Positions 25,952 to 35,588 of a stretch of 60,505 bases of DNA are shown here, in pieces (position 1 is the first letter of the stretch; the number at the start of each line of letters is the position of its first letter). The notes under the pieces were generated by a model, which searched no databases, was not told the DNA's origin, and saw only the letters and a list, made by a program, of their open reading frames with translations. The stretch is from Candidatus Nomurabacteria bacterium (lineage in GTDB: Bacteria; Patescibacteriota; Minisyncoccia; Phycocordibacterales; UBA5272), in the NCBI GenBank assembly GCA_037134695.1, contig JBAXLU010000002.1:1-60505 (forward strand), given 5' to 3'. The position numbers and the translations under genes are program-made.

Positions 25952-26026
25952 ACAAAGTAACAAATGCCCGCGGGGGTGTTTTTTAGAATAAAGGCTTCAA
26001 ATTAGCCAAAACAAACTAATAACATT

Positions 26027-26209
26027 ATGAATCTATTCACTTATTTTAAGGAAACAAAAGCAGAACTTAAACAAGTTACTTTTCCTAAAACTTCACAAAC
26101 AATAAATTACACAATACTAGTTGTTGTTATATCTATTGTAGTTGCTCTTGTATTAGGAGGAGTCGACTTAGGTTTCAAGACAGTATTAGCAAAGCTTCTC
26201 GCTCGCTAG
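26027..26209 (+). CDS. secE: Preprotein translocase subunit SecE
   Basis: 60 aa, KAELKQVTFP followed by a single TM helix, located upstream of nusG. Confidence 0.9.
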   Translation: MNLFTYFKETKAELKQVTFPKTSQTINYTILVVVISIVVALVLGGVDLGFKTVLAKLLAR

Positions 26210-26229
26210 TATTCTGAATTTCTATTAAC

Positions 26230-26261
26230 TTCCGCCAGAGGCGGATCCGCCTCTGGCGGAA
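26230..26261. repeat. 32-nt perfect palindrome between secE and nusG
   Basis: TTCCGCCAGAGGCGGA|TCCGCCTCTGGCGGAA. Each half also contains its own CCGCC-nnn-GGCGG hairpin. Confidence 0.8.
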
Positions 26262-26280
26262 AAAACTAACATCTAAATCT

Positions 26281-26826
26281 ATGGCTAAACAAGAATTCAC
26301 CGGAGAGCGTCATTGGTATGCAATCCATACATATAGTGGTTACGAAAACGCAGTACAGCGTAATTTAAAACAGCGCATTGAATCTCTTCAAATGGAAGAT
26401 AAGATTTTTGATGTAGTTGTTCCAATTGAAAAGAAAATTAAAGTTAAAGGAACTAAGCGTGTAGAAGTTGAAGAAAAGGTCTATCCTGGATACATTCTAG
26501 TAGATATGATTGTGGACGATAATAGTTGGTATGTTGTTCGTAATACACCCCGCGTTACAGGCTTCGTTGGTGCTGGTACTACACCTGTTCCACTTTCACA
26601 AAAAGAAATTGATTATCTTTTGAATAAAATGAAATCCGGTGAAGTCGAACATGAGATAGTGGTAGAAGTAGGGGAATTAGTTTCTATTATCGATGGTCCA
26701 TTTAAGGAATTCGAAGGAAAGGTTAGCGAGGTAGATAAGTCACGTGGGAAGTTGAAGGTGTTGGTGAATATGTTTGGGCGCGAGACTCCTGTCGAACTTG
26801 ATTTTTTGCAGGTAAAGAAGATCTAA
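26281..26826 (+). CDS. nusG: Transcription termination/antitermination factor NusG
   Basis: [17 protein letters not shown] start and a C-terminal KOW domain ([10 protein letters not shown]). Confidence 0.95.
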   Translation: MAKQEFTGERHWYAIHTYSGYENAVQRNLKQRIESLQMEDKIFDVVVPIEKKIKVKGTKRVEVEEKVYPGYILVDMIVDDNSWYVVRNTPRVTGFVGAGTTPVPLSQKEIDYLLNKMKSGEVEHEIVVEVGELVSIIDGPFKEFEGKVSEVDKSRGKLKVLVNMFGRETPVELDFLQVKKI

Positions 26827-26933
26827 AAATTACTTCATCTACTTCGTTGTGGGTCCCGCTGGCTCGCTACACCGTACACCTGAGTACGTTTTCGCTCGCC
26901 AGCTCCCCACGCCTTGTATCTAAAGCAATTTTT
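26825..26933. repeat. ~110-nt hairpin-forming intergenic element, copy 1 (MITE/REP-like)
   Basis: Ends AAAAATTACTTCATCTAC ... GTATCTAAAGCAATTTTT are inverted repeats and match the ends of 57103-57216. The interior is itself palindromic but differs in sequence. Confidence 0.6.
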
Positions 26934-27057
26934 GAAATCTTCTTTTCTCAAGTTCCGAATTATTACTTAATTAACAATTGTTAAATTACATAACCTGACT
27001 AAAACGCTAATCTTGAAATGAAGATAAAAACGTGTTAGAATAACCAGACTTTAAATT

Positions 27058-27468
27058 ATGGCAAAGAAAATTACAAAATACGTGAAAGTTCAGATTGAGG
27101 CAGCAAAGGCAACCCCTGCTCCTCCACTTGGTCCTGCCCTAGGACAGGCTGGTGTTCAGATTGGGGATTTCGTTAATAAATTTAACGCTGCAACTCAAGG
27201 AAAGCAAGGAAGAATGACAGTAAAAATCTATGTTTACGAAGATCGTACATATGATTTCGTTATCAAGACTCCAACTGCTACATCTTTGGTTATGAAGTCA
27301 GCTAATGTTGCAAAAGGTAACTCAAAAGGCGGCGCTGGAACAATTTCAAAAGAAAAAGTTCGTGAAATTGCAGAAATTAAGTTAAAAGACTTAACAGCTC
27401 ATACAGTTGAACAAGCTATGAAGATCATAGAAGGAACAGCTAGAAGTATTGGAATAAAAGTTAGTTAA
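27058..27468 (+). CDS. rplK: 50S ribosomal protein L11
   Basis: PAPPLGPALGQAGV and full-length L11 pattern. Confidence 0.95.
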   Translation: MAKKITKYVKVQIEAAKATPAPPLGPALGQAGVQIGDFVNKFNAATQGKQGRMTVKIYVYEDRTYDFVIKTPTATSLVMKSANVAKGNSKGGAGTISKEKVREIAEIKLKDLTAHTVEQAMKIIEGTARSIGIKVS

Positions 27469-27480
27469 TTTAATTAACAC

Positions 27481-27508
27481 AAAAAACCACCCGTTAGGGT
27501 GGTTTTTT
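27481..27508 (+). terminator. Intrinsic terminator after rplK
   Basis: AAAAAACCACCC-gtta-GGGTGGTTTTTT. Confidence 0.85.
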
Positions 27509-27541
27509 GTTTTAGTTACATATTTCTGCTAATATTGTTAT

Positions 27542-28651
27542 ATGAATGAATCAGGAAATGGAGCACTACCATCACAGAAATTACGAGAATTTATTGAAAA
27601 AGGATTTTTCAAAAATATCGATGAGAAAAATATTAGTCCAGCTTCCATTGATGTCACTGTCTCAGGTGAGTGGTATAGAATAGATGGGGTTTTTTTACCT
27701 AAAACAGGGGAGACTATTCCTTCTCTTATAAAAAAATTACATGGTACTCGCCACGCCATTCAGGAACCACTCGAGCACGGCATTATTTATGTTGTTCGTT
27801 TAAATGAAACTTTTGAATTGCCAGAAGACATTTACGCATATTGTAATCCAAAGTCTTCCACTGGTCGTCATGACTTGCATGTTCGTATAGTAAAAGATGA
27901 AACAGCTAGATATGATACTTTACCAAAAGGTAGTAAGGGGGATTTGTGGGCAATAGTAGTACCTCGCTCTTATCCTGTTTTGCTTAGTCCTGGTTTTGCA
28001 ATTAGTCAGGTAAGATTTTTTAATAAAAATACTAGATTCAAAGAGTATGATTTAGAGAACGAATGGCAAAAAAAACCGTTAGTATATTGTTTAACAGGTG
28101 AACCATATTCATATGGAAGTTTTAAAATGAAAGATTCAGATGGTTCAATTTTGCTTACACTTGATTTATCACAAGACGTCGTTGGCTATGAATGCCGTGG
28201 ATCAAATAGAGTTGTTGACTTGAGTTCTCCTAATGGAAGCATAGATTCTTCGGTATTGTTTGTTCCTATTAGAAAAAGTGGAGATAGTATAGTTTTACGA
28301 AAAGATAGTTTTTATATTCTTTCAACAAAAGAAGCTCTAAGAGTTCCACCATACTTAGCAAGTGAAATGGTAGATATGGATTCTCGAACAGGGGAATTTC
28401 GTACCCACTATGCAGGCTTTTTTGATCCAGGATGGGGATGTGGCAAAGATGGTGATGGAAAAGGAAGACCGATCACGCTTGAAGTCCGCACATTTGAAGA
28501 TGTGATAGTTTCTAATGGTCAGCCAATCGGAAAAGTTAAATTTGAAAGAATGTCAGAAATTCCTGAGGTTCATTATGATCAGAAAAATTCAAATTATTTA
28601 ATTCAAACTGGTCCGAAGCTTGCAAAGCAGTTTAAAATTCCTGAAGTCTAG
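27542..28651 (+). CDS. Long-form 2'-deoxycytidine 5'-triphosphate deaminase-family protein (DCD-like, 369 aa)
   Basis: The N-terminal LPSQKLREFIEKG...ISPASIDVTV pattern and overall size resemble the long DCD family. Assignment from memory only. Confidence 0.6.
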   Translation: MNESGNGALPSQKLREFIEKGFFKNIDEKNISPASIDVTVSGEWYRIDGVFLPKTGETIPSLIKKLHGTRHAIQEPLEHGIIYVVRLNETFELPEDIYAYCNPKSSTGRHDLHVRIVKDETARYDTLPKGSKGDLWAIVVPRSYPVLLSPGFAISQVRFFNKNTRFKEYDLENEWQKKPLVYCLTGEPYSYGSFKMKDSDGSILLTLDLSQDVVGYECRGSNRVVDLSSPNGSIDSSVLFVPIRKSGDSIVLRKDSFYILSTKEALRVPPYLASEMVDMDSRTGEFRTHYAGFFDPGWGCGKDGDGKGRPITLEVRTFEDVIVSNGQPIGKVKFERMSEIPEVHYDQKNSNYLIQTGPKLAKQFKIPEV

Positions 28652-28811
28652 AACCTAGTCGTTATATTTTACCAATTACAAAAAGATCATATTTTTCAGG
28701 AGAAAATAATCTGGAAAATGAGGCGATATGAATATCGTCGAGTTTGAAGATTACTTTTATGCTGGGAAATAGGGCTTTTCTGGAATGGTACAAAATATAA
28801 CGACTAGGTTC
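28651..28811. repeat. Inverted-repeat-bounded 161-nt element filling the convergent dcd-like/folA gap
   Basis: GAACCTAGTCGTTATATTTTACC (28651-73) against GGTACAAAATATAACGACTAGGTTC (28787-811). The arms touch both stop codons. Confidence 0.65.
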
Positions 28812-29297
28812 TCAACGAACGTAAGTTACAAATCTTATTTGATAAGGATTATCTTCACTTTTTTCTATTTTATTTTCTGTTTCTTTTTTCCAAATATTTT
28901 GATCAATATCTCCAAAAGTTGTGTCTCCAACAAATTCTTCATCAACATGAGTTATATATAACTTATTTACAATAGGGAGGAATTGTTTATAAATATCCGC
29001 GCCACCAATTACAAAAGCTTCCTCATTTGTATCTTTAAAAAGAGAAACGATTTCATTGATAGAGTGAAAAACCTCTACATTTTCAAATGAAAAATTCTCA
29101 TCACGAGTGATAACAATATTTCTCCTATTAGGAAGTGCTCTACCAATAGAAAGAAAAGTTTTTCTACCCATAATTATTGGGTGTCCAGTTGTTGTATTTT
29201 TAAAAAACTTCATATCAAGTGGAATATTCCAAAGAAGTTTATTTTCATTTCCAATCACATTATTTTTTGATATTGCTGCAATAATAGAGAGGGACAT
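28812..29297 (-). CDS. folA: Dihydrofolate reductase
   Basis: IGNENKLLWNIPLDMKFFKNTT...GRKTF...VIGGADIY pattern. Confidence 0.9.
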   Translation of the reverse strand: MSLSIIAAISKNNVIGNENKLLWNIPLDMKFFKNTTTGHPIIMGRKTFLSIGRALPNRRNIVITRDENFSFENVEVFHSINEIVSLFKDTNEEAFVIGGADIYKQFLPIVNKLYITHVDEEFVGDTTFGDIDQNIWKKETENKIEKSEDNPYQIRFVTYVR

Positions 29298-29299
29298 AT

Positions 29300-30241
29300 T
29301 TATACAGCAATTGGAGCTTTTATAGAATCATGTGGATTATAATCAACAATTTCAAAATCATTTATTGTGAAAGCTGTTATGTCAGTAATGGCAGGATTTA
29401 TTTTCATTGTAGGCATAGGACGTAAATCATTTCTTCTTGCTAATTGTTCATCAGCTTGGGATAAATGATTATTGTATAAATGTACGTCTCCTCCTGTCCA
29501 AACAAACTCTCCTGGAGTAAGTCCGGCCACTTGAGCAATCATCATAGTTAAAAGAGCGTAGGATGCAATATTAAATGGTACACCTAAAAATGTATCACAA
29601 CTTCTTTGATAAAGCTGACAAGAAAGTTTTCCGTTTGCTACGTAGAATTGGAATAAACAGTGACAAGGTGGAAGACCAGCTTTAGCCATTTCATCTATGT
29701 CTGCGACATTCCAAGCAGACACTATCATACGTCTATCATTTGGATTCTTTTTTATTTGTTCAATGACATTTTTTAATTGGTCTATATATCCTCCATTTGG
29801 TGTTGGCCAGTTTCGCCATTGATAACCATAAATAGGGCCGAGACTTCCGTATTCTTTTCTAAATCCCATATCTGTTTTTATCTTTTCAACAAAGGCCTGC
29901 ATCTGTGTTTTCCAGTCGTCGCTGTTCACTATCGGCATTGGTAAATTATTTCTTTGTAAATATGATTTGAATGGCCACTCATCCCAAATGTGCACATTGT
30001 TTTCTGCTAAATATCCTAAATTATTATCACCACGCACAAACCACAAAAGTTCGTGAATAATAGATTTTATTGGAAGTTTTTTTGTTGTTAAAAGGGGAAA
30101 GCCTTTTGATAAATCAAATCGCATTTGATGTCCAAATATAGACAAAGTCCCAGTGCCAGTACGGTCTCCTTTTTGTGTGCCTTCACTTTTTATGCGTTCT
30201 ATGAGATCAAGATATGTGTCATCTACGTGATATGTTTTCAT
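29300..30241 (-). CDS. thyA: Thymidylate synthase (ThyA type)
   Basis: [12 protein letters not shown] and full-length ThyA pattern. First ATG (MKTYHVDD) taken as the start. Confidence 0.95.
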   Translation of the reverse strand: MKTYHVDDTYLDLIERIKSEGTQKGDRTGTGTLSIFGHQMRFDLSKGFPLLTTKKLPIKSIIHELLWFVRGDNNLGYLAENNVHIWDEWPFKSYLQRNNLPMPIVNSDDWKTQMQAFVEKIKTDMGFRKEYGSLGPIYGYQWRNWPTPNGGYIDQLKNVIEQIKKNPNDRRMIVSAWNVADIDEMAKAGLPPCHCLFQFYVANGKLSCQLYQRSCDTFLGVPFNIASYALLTMMIAQVAGLTPGEFVWTGGDVHLYNNHLSQADEQLARRNDLRPMPTMKINPAITDITAFTINDFEIVDYNPHDSIKAPIAV

Positions 30242-30384
30242 ATGCAAAGTATACCTTAAGCTCGAGATTAAAAGCAGTATTTACAGCTTGATTATTATAT
30301 TGTAGAGCTAATTTGCCTCTTTTTAAATTCTCTTTAAAACATGCTACGCTAGTAAGATATTAACCAAAGTAAATTATCCATCAC

Positions 30385-31557
30385 ATGAAAGACAAAATTG
30401 TAGAAAAATTAATCAAAGCGGAGGAAGCAAGACAGAAGAAAGTTATTAATTTAATTGCATCTGAAAACTATGTGTCAGATGATGTTTTGACCGCACTCGG
30501 CTCGTCTCTTACGAATAAATATTCAGAAGGTTATCCAGGACGCAGATATTATGGAGGAAATGTGGTGATTGATCAGATAGAATCTTTGGCTCGTGAACGT
30601 GCGCTTTCACTCTTTAAATTGGACACTAAGAAGTGGCATGTGAATGTACAGCCACTTTCTGGCTCTCCTGCGAATTTCGCTGTCTACGCGGCTTTTGTGC
30701 CGTTAGGTGGCAAAATAATGGGCCTCAAGCTCTCAAGTGGGGGACATTTGACCCACGGACAGCCAGTTTCTATGACTGGTAAAATTTGGAAGCAAGTTCC
30801 ATATGAAGTTGATCCAAAAACAGAAATGCTCAACTATAAAGAAATTGAAAAAATTGCTATGGATGAGAAGCCAGATATTATTGTCGCTGGATTTACTGCA
30901 TATGGAAGAGTGGTGGATTTTAAAAAATTTGCAGGTATTGCAAAAAAGTCAGGGAGCCTACTTATGGTGGACATGTCACACTTTGCAGGATTGGTAGCAG
31001 GGGAAGCATATCCAACGCCATTTCAATATGCAGATATTGTGACCACTACAGTTCACAAGACACTTCGTGGTCCAAGATCTGCTATGATTTTTGTTAAAAA
31101 AGATAAACGCGAAATGGATAAGAAAATTGATAAGACAATTATTCCAGGTCTCCAAGGTGGACCACATAATAATCAAATTGCAGCAGTTGCAGTTGCTTTA
31201 AAAGAGGCTTCTACTCCAGCATTTAAAAAGTATGCAAAGCAAGTTATAAAAAATGCACAAGCCTTTGCTGTAGCACTTGAGAAAAAAGGTTGGCGTGTAA
31301 TTACTGGAGGTACGGATTCACATTTACTACTCGTAGACACATGGGCAGGGGGAAAGGGTTTATCTGGAAAAGAGGCAAGTGATAAATTAGAAAAAGCTGG
31401 AATCATTGTGAACATGAATACGATTCCACAGGATCCACGTGGTGTAATGGATCCGTCTGGTATTCGTCTAGGAACTGCAGCAGAGACTACCCGTGGAGCA
31501 AGAGAGAAAGATTTCGTAGAGATTGCAAATAAGATGGACGCGATTCTTCGTAAATAA
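30385..31557 (+). CDS. glyA: Serine hydroxymethyltransferase
   Basis: INLIASENY, TTTVHKTLRGPR (PLP lysine region). Confidence 0.95.
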   Translation: MKDKIVEKLIKAEEARQKKVINLIASENYVSDDVLTALGSSLTNKYSEGYPGRRYYGGNVVIDQIESLARERALSLFKLDTKKWHVNVQPLSGSPANFAVYAAFVPLGGKIMGLKLSSGGHLTHGQPVSMTGKIWKQVPYEVDPKTEMLNYKEIEKIAMDEKPDIIVAGFTAYGRVVDFKKFAGIAKKSGSLLMVDMSHFAGLVAGEAYPTPFQYADIVTTTVHKTLRGPRSAMIFVKKDKREMDKKIDKTIIPGLQGGPHNNQIAAVAVALKEASTPAFKKYAKQVIKNAQAFAVALEKKGWRVITGGTDSHLLLVDTWAGGKGLSGKEASDKLEKAGIIVNMNTIPQDPRGVMDPSGIRLGTAAETTRGAREKDFVEIANKMDAILRK

Positions 31558-31559
31558 TT

Positions 31560-32222
31560 ATGAAAGGAAAGTTTATTGTTATCGAAGGAACAGATGGTTC
31601 TGGAAAAGGCACACAAGTGCACCTTTTGGTTAAGCGTTTAAAAGCAGACGGTGTTCCTGTTCAAATGGTTGATTTTCCACAATATGAAAATCCATCGAGC
31701 TATTTCGTAGCAAAATATTTACGTGGTGAATATGGTACAGCAGAAGACGTTGGCCCATACAGAGCTTCAATGTTTTATGCACTTGATAGATATGATAAAT
31801 CTTTCGAAATAAAAAAATGGTTAGATGAAGGAATATATGTGATAGCAAATAGATATGTTTCCGCAAACATGGGACACCAAGCTGGGAAAATTGATGATTT
31901 AGAGGAGCGAGATAAATATTTAGAGTGGCTTAATAATCTTGAATATAAAACTTTTGGAATACCAATTCCTGATCAAACTATTTTCCTTTATGTTCCTCCA
32001 GAACTCGGTCAGCAAATGGTAAATCATAAAAATAATCGTAGCTATACTCAAGGTAAAAAGATGGATATTCACGAAGAAGATATTAATCATTTAAAAAAGG
32101 CGTCTGAGGCATATATTTATGTAGCACAAAAATATGGTTGGAAAACTATTCATTGTTCAGAACAGGGGGTGATGTTGAGCCGTGAAGCTATTAATGAAGA
32201 AATATATAATGCAATTAATTAA
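31560..32222 (+). CDS. tmk: Thymidylate kinase
   Basis: FIVIEGTDGSGKGTQ P-loop and DRY motif. Confidence 0.9.
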   Translation: MKGKFIVIEGTDGSGKGTQVHLLVKRLKADGVPVQMVDFPQYENPSSYFVAKYLRGEYGTAEDVGPYRASMFYALDRYDKSFEIKKWLDEGIYVIANRYVSANMGHQAGKIDDLEERDKYLEWLNNLEYKTFGIPIPDQTIFLYVPPELGQQMVNHKNNRSYTQGKKMDIHEEDINHLKKASEAYIYVAQKYGWKTIHCSEQGVMLSREAINEEIYNAIN

Positions 32223-32224
32223 TT

Positions 32225-32644
32225 ATGAAATTATCTGTCAAAAAAATAAATAATGAAGCAGTTTTACCAACAAGAGCTCATAGCTATGACGCTGGAATGG
32301 ATTTATATGTAAACGGTAGACAAGTAATAACTGCACACACTACCATAGCTGTCTCTACTGGTATTTCTATGGAAATACCGGAGGGTTTTGTAGGATTGAT
32401 TTGGGATAAATCATCAGTTGGTGCTAAAGGTTTAAAAACTTTAGGTGGTGTAGTTGATTCAGAATATCGTGGAGAGGTAAAAGTTATTGTTCATAATTTG
32501 AATAATGAAGATATTGTTTTTGAACATGGGCAAAAAATTGCACAAATGTTAATTCAAAAAGTTGAATTAGTAGATATTGAGGAAGTTGCAGACTTATCTT
32601 CTACAGTAAGAGGGGAAGGTGGGTTTGGAAGCACGGGCCAGTAG
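32225..32644 (+). CDS. dut: dUTP diphosphatase
   Basis: AGMDLY, GVVDSEYRGEV and C-terminal RGEGGFGSTG. Confidence 0.95.
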   Translation: MKLSVKKINNEAVLPTRAHSYDAGMDLYVNGRQVITAHTTIAVSTGISMEIPEGFVGLIWDKSSVGAKGLKTLGGVVDSEYRGEVKVIVHNLNNEDIVFEHGQKIAQMLIQKVELVDIEEVADLSSTVRGEGGFGSTGQ

Positions 32645-32674
32645 TCCAAGTTAAAAGTTCATAAAGTAATTCAA

Positions 32675-32709
32675 ATACAATGGCGGCCACGAAGTGGCCG
32701 CCATTGTAT
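32675..32709. terminator. Bidirectional terminator between dut and folD (16-bp stem)
   Basis: ATACAATGGCGGCCAC-gaa-GTGGCCGCCATTGTAT. Confidence 0.8.
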
Positions 32710-32740
32710 TTTCTTGAAACTAAAAACTGGAAACTTGAAA

Positions 32741-33589
32741 CTATCCTTGCATTTCAAACGCTTGCAATAAATTCTCAAATAAAGAAACGATAGTCATCGG
32801 TCCGACCCCACCAGGAACAGGACTTAATGCGTCTGCTTTTTCTGATATCGAAGATGCCATCACATCACCTGTTACTTTATTGTCATCCCCAACACTTATT
32901 CCAACATCAATTATAACAGCATCTTCTTTTATGCATTCTTCTTTAATTAAATCAGGGGAACCAACAGCGACAATTAAAATATCTGCAGTCCTTGTAATAG
33001 AAGCTAAATCTTTTGTATGACTATGACAAATAGTTACGGTTGCATTTCTGTTTATTGAAGCGAGCGCTGTTGGTTTTCCAACAAGAGATGATCTACCAAC
33101 CACCACCACATTTTTGCCATCAAGTGAAATATTGTAGTGTGAAAGTAAAGTAAAAATACCTTTTGTTGTTGCCGGTAAAAGTATTTCATTATTTTCATAA
33201 ACGTGACGAAGGTTAAAAGATGTAAGACCATCAACATCTTTCTTCGGGTCTATAGCCTCTAATATGATCCACGGTCTAATATTTTTAGGAAGGGGAAGTT
33301 GAACAATTATTCCATTTACTGACGGGTCATTACTGTATGTATTTATATTTTTAACTAATTCGTCTTCTGTAATATTATCTTCATATTGTGTATGAGTCAC
33401 GATAGCTCCAACACGCAAAGCAAAACGTTTTTTGTATTCAATATATTTAGCTGAGGCAGGATTATTCCCAACCTGAATAATCACCAAATGTGGTTTGGTA
33501 GAAAGTGTTGAAATCTTAGTTGAAAGTGCAAGTTCGTGTTCTTTTGCAACCTCAGTTCCATTTAATATTGTGAGACTTTTATTTAGCAT
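32741..33589 (-). CDS. folD: Bifunctional methylenetetrahydrofolate dehydrogenase/cyclohydrolase
   Basis: VGNNPASAKYIEYK, VVGRSSLVGKP, PVPGGVGPMT. Confidence 0.95.
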   Translation of the reverse strand: MLNKSLTILNGTEVAKEHELALSTKISTLSTKPHLVIIQVGNNPASAKYIEYKKRFALRVGAIVTHTQYEDNITEDELVKNINTYSNDPSVNGIIVQLPLPKNIRPWIILEAIDPKKDVDGLTSFNLRHVYENNEILLPATTKGIFTLLSHYNISLDGKNVVVVGRSSLVGKPTALASINRNATVTICHSHTKDLASITRTADILIVAVGSPDLIKEECIKEDAVIIDVGISVGDDNKVTGDVMASSISEKADALSPVPGGVGPMTIVSLFENLLQAFEMQG

Positions 33590-33667
33590 ACTTGTATGGA
33601 CAACAATAACACAAAAGTGGGTATTTGATAAGTTCGTTTTTCTAGAAAAATGCGATAGTATAGAGAT

Positions 33668-35362
33668 ATGAATTCCTACAAAGATATATTTGAGGTTCTT
33701 AAAAGTAAGGTAAGTGATGGTGCTACATTTTCTTTATCTCAACCAGAAGACGCACTTCACGGTGATTTTGCAACTAATATTGCTTTCATTCTTGGTAAAG
33801 AAAAAGGTGTTTCTCCAAAAGTTGCAGCTGAGGAGCTGGTTTCTGTTTTACAAGAGGAACTCGCGGACATTGTAGAGAAAATAGAAGTCGCTGGCCCTGG
33901 GTTTATAAATTTCTTTTTAAAAGATGATGTAAGAACAGATGAAGTTGAAGAACTTGCAGAAGGTGCCGTTGTAATTTCTGAAAATAAAGGAAAAGTAATG
34001 GTGGAATATACTGACCCAAATTGTTTTAAAGTTTTTCATATTGGTCACTTGATGGCAAATGCTATAGGTGAGGCAACAGCAAGATTATATGAAGCGAGTG
34101 GTTATGAAGTGATGCGTGTTTGTTATCCATCGGATATTGGTAGAAATGTTGCTATGGGTGTCTGGGGTGTGATGCAAAAAGAAAATGAAAAGCCAAAAGC
34201 TGATGCAGAATTAAAAGATAAAGTTTCATTTTTAGGAATGTGTTACGCTTTTGCAAATGGAGAATTTGAAAGTAATGAAAAATCAAAGATAGAAATAGGG
34301 GAGGTTAATAAAGCAATTTATGATGGGTCTGATGCAAAAGTTATGGAAGTTTATGCCGAAGGGCGAGCTTTATCACTAGAGTATTTTGATCAGCTTTATG
34401 AAAAGTTAGGTACTACTTTTGATAAAACTATTTTTGAATCTGAAGTTGCTGAACCAGGGGCAGAAATTGTGAAAGCAAATATGGGGAAAATCTTTAAAGA
34501 GTCAGACGGTGCAGTTGTTTATAAAGGAGAGCAAGATGGATTACACACGAGAGTATTTTTAACAGCTCAAGGACTTCCAACATATGAAGCAAAAGAGTTA
34601 GGAAATTATGAAAAAAAATTAGATAGTTTACCAGAAGCCTCTTTTTATGTTGTTATTACGGCAAATGAACAAAATGAATATTTTAAGGTTATAAATAAAG
34701 TTACAGAAAAGATTCATCCAGAATTAGTTGATAGACTTGTGCATATTGGTCATGGAATGATGAGACTTCCTACAGGCAAAATGGCGTCTAGAACTGGAAA
34801 TGTAATTGGAGCGGAGGATTTATTGGATATGATTACTGAGAAGCTAAAAGAAAAATTAGCTGACAAGGTCGTGGCATTTTCTGATAGCGATAAATTATTA
34901 AATGATATTGCAGTGGGTGCGATTAAGTTTTCTATATTAAAACAAGCCCCAGGGGGAGATATTGTTTTTGATTTTGATAAATCAATTTCTTTTGAAGGGG
35001 ATTCAGGCCCATATTTACAATATACTCACGCGAGAATTTGTACTCTTTTAGAGAAAGCAAAAGAAGTAGATATAACGACAGAATCTTATGTTGTAGAAAA
35101 TCCCGAAAGAGAATTAGAACAAGTTTTAATTGGATATAGACAGACACTCGAAAAATCTTATAAAGATTTAGGCCCGCATCACATTGTTCAATATTTACTT
35201 TCATTAACAAGAGCTTTTAATGCTATGTATGGACGTACACAAATCGTTGATGTTAATAATAAAGAAAAGAGTGCTTATTATGTAATGCTCGCAACCGCGA
35301 CACAAAAGATTTTAGCTCATGGTTTGCACACACTAGGAATCAAAGCCCCAGAGAGAATGTAA
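33668..35362 (+). CDS. argS: Arginine--tRNA ligase
   Basis: Class I HIGH variant (FHIGHLMAN), a C-terminal anticodon-binding DALR-type region, and overall ArgRS pattern. Confidence 0.9.
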   Translation: MNSYKDIFEVLKSKVSDGATFSLSQPEDALHGDFATNIAFILGKEKGVSPKVAAEELVSVLQEELADIVEKIEVAGPGFINFFLKDDVRTDEVEELAEGAVVISENKGKVMVEYTDPNCFKVFHIGHLMANAIGEATARLYEASGYEVMRVCYPSDIGRNVAMGVWGVMQKENEKPKADAELKDKVSFLGMCYAFANGEFESNEKSKIEIGEVNKAIYDGSDAKVMEVYAEGRALSLEYFDQLYEKLGTTFDKTIFESEVAEPGAEIVKANMGKIFKESDGAVVYKGEQDGLHTRVFLTAQGLPTYEAKELGNYEKKLDSLPEASFYVVITANEQNEYFKVINKVTEKIHPELVDRLVHIGHGMMRLPTGKMASRTGNVIGAEDLLDMITEKLKEKLADKVVAFSDSDKLLNDIAVGAIKFSILKQAPGGDIVFDFDKSISFEGDSGPYLQYTHARICTLLEKAKEVDITTESYVVENPERELEQVLIGYRQTLEKSYKDLGPHHIVQYLLSLTRAFNAMYGRTQIVDVNNKEKSAYYVMLATATQKILAHGLHTLGIKAPERM

Positions 35363-35399
35363 ATCTCTTTATATTTACTCTAATTGAATTTTGTTGTAG

Positions 35400-35576
35400 T
35401 ATAAAGACATAGCATCGACGGGACTAATCACCCCAGAGCACGGGAAGAAATCCGCAAGGAAATTAGAACCCATTTAATGAGAGGATAGAAATGTCCTGAA
35501 TCAAGGTGGTACCACGACTTTAAAAATCGTCCTTGAAAAGCATCTGTTAAAAGTTGCTTTTCAATGGCGATTTTTT
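35400..35576 (+). promoter_or_regulatory. T-box riboswitch leader (transcription-attenuation type)
   Basis: Antiterminator read directly: A1 TCAAGG (35501-06)/CCTTGA (35531-36), 7-nt bulge TGGTACC, A2 ACGA/TCGT, loop CTTTAAAAA. The competing terminator is TCGTCCTTGAAAAGCA (35527-42)/TGCTTTTCAATGGCGA (35555-70) plus T6. Stem I and the specifier were not resolved confidently. Confidence 0.8.
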
Positions 35577-35588
35577 AATTTAATAAAT

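Noticed and set aside
30248-30384. Possible THF/ZTP-type riboswitch in the divergent thyA-glyA spacer or upstream of folD
   Set aside because: The spacers are short and AT-rich, with no conserved-looking GC helices or pseudoknot motifs visible. Only promoter-like hexamers are present.
35427-35464. Firm assignment of the T-box specifier codon
   Set aside because: Three Ile codons (35427, 35450, 35462) are candidates, but Stem I could not be folded unambiguously by eye in this AT-rich leader. Ile specificity is reported only as consistent, not established.
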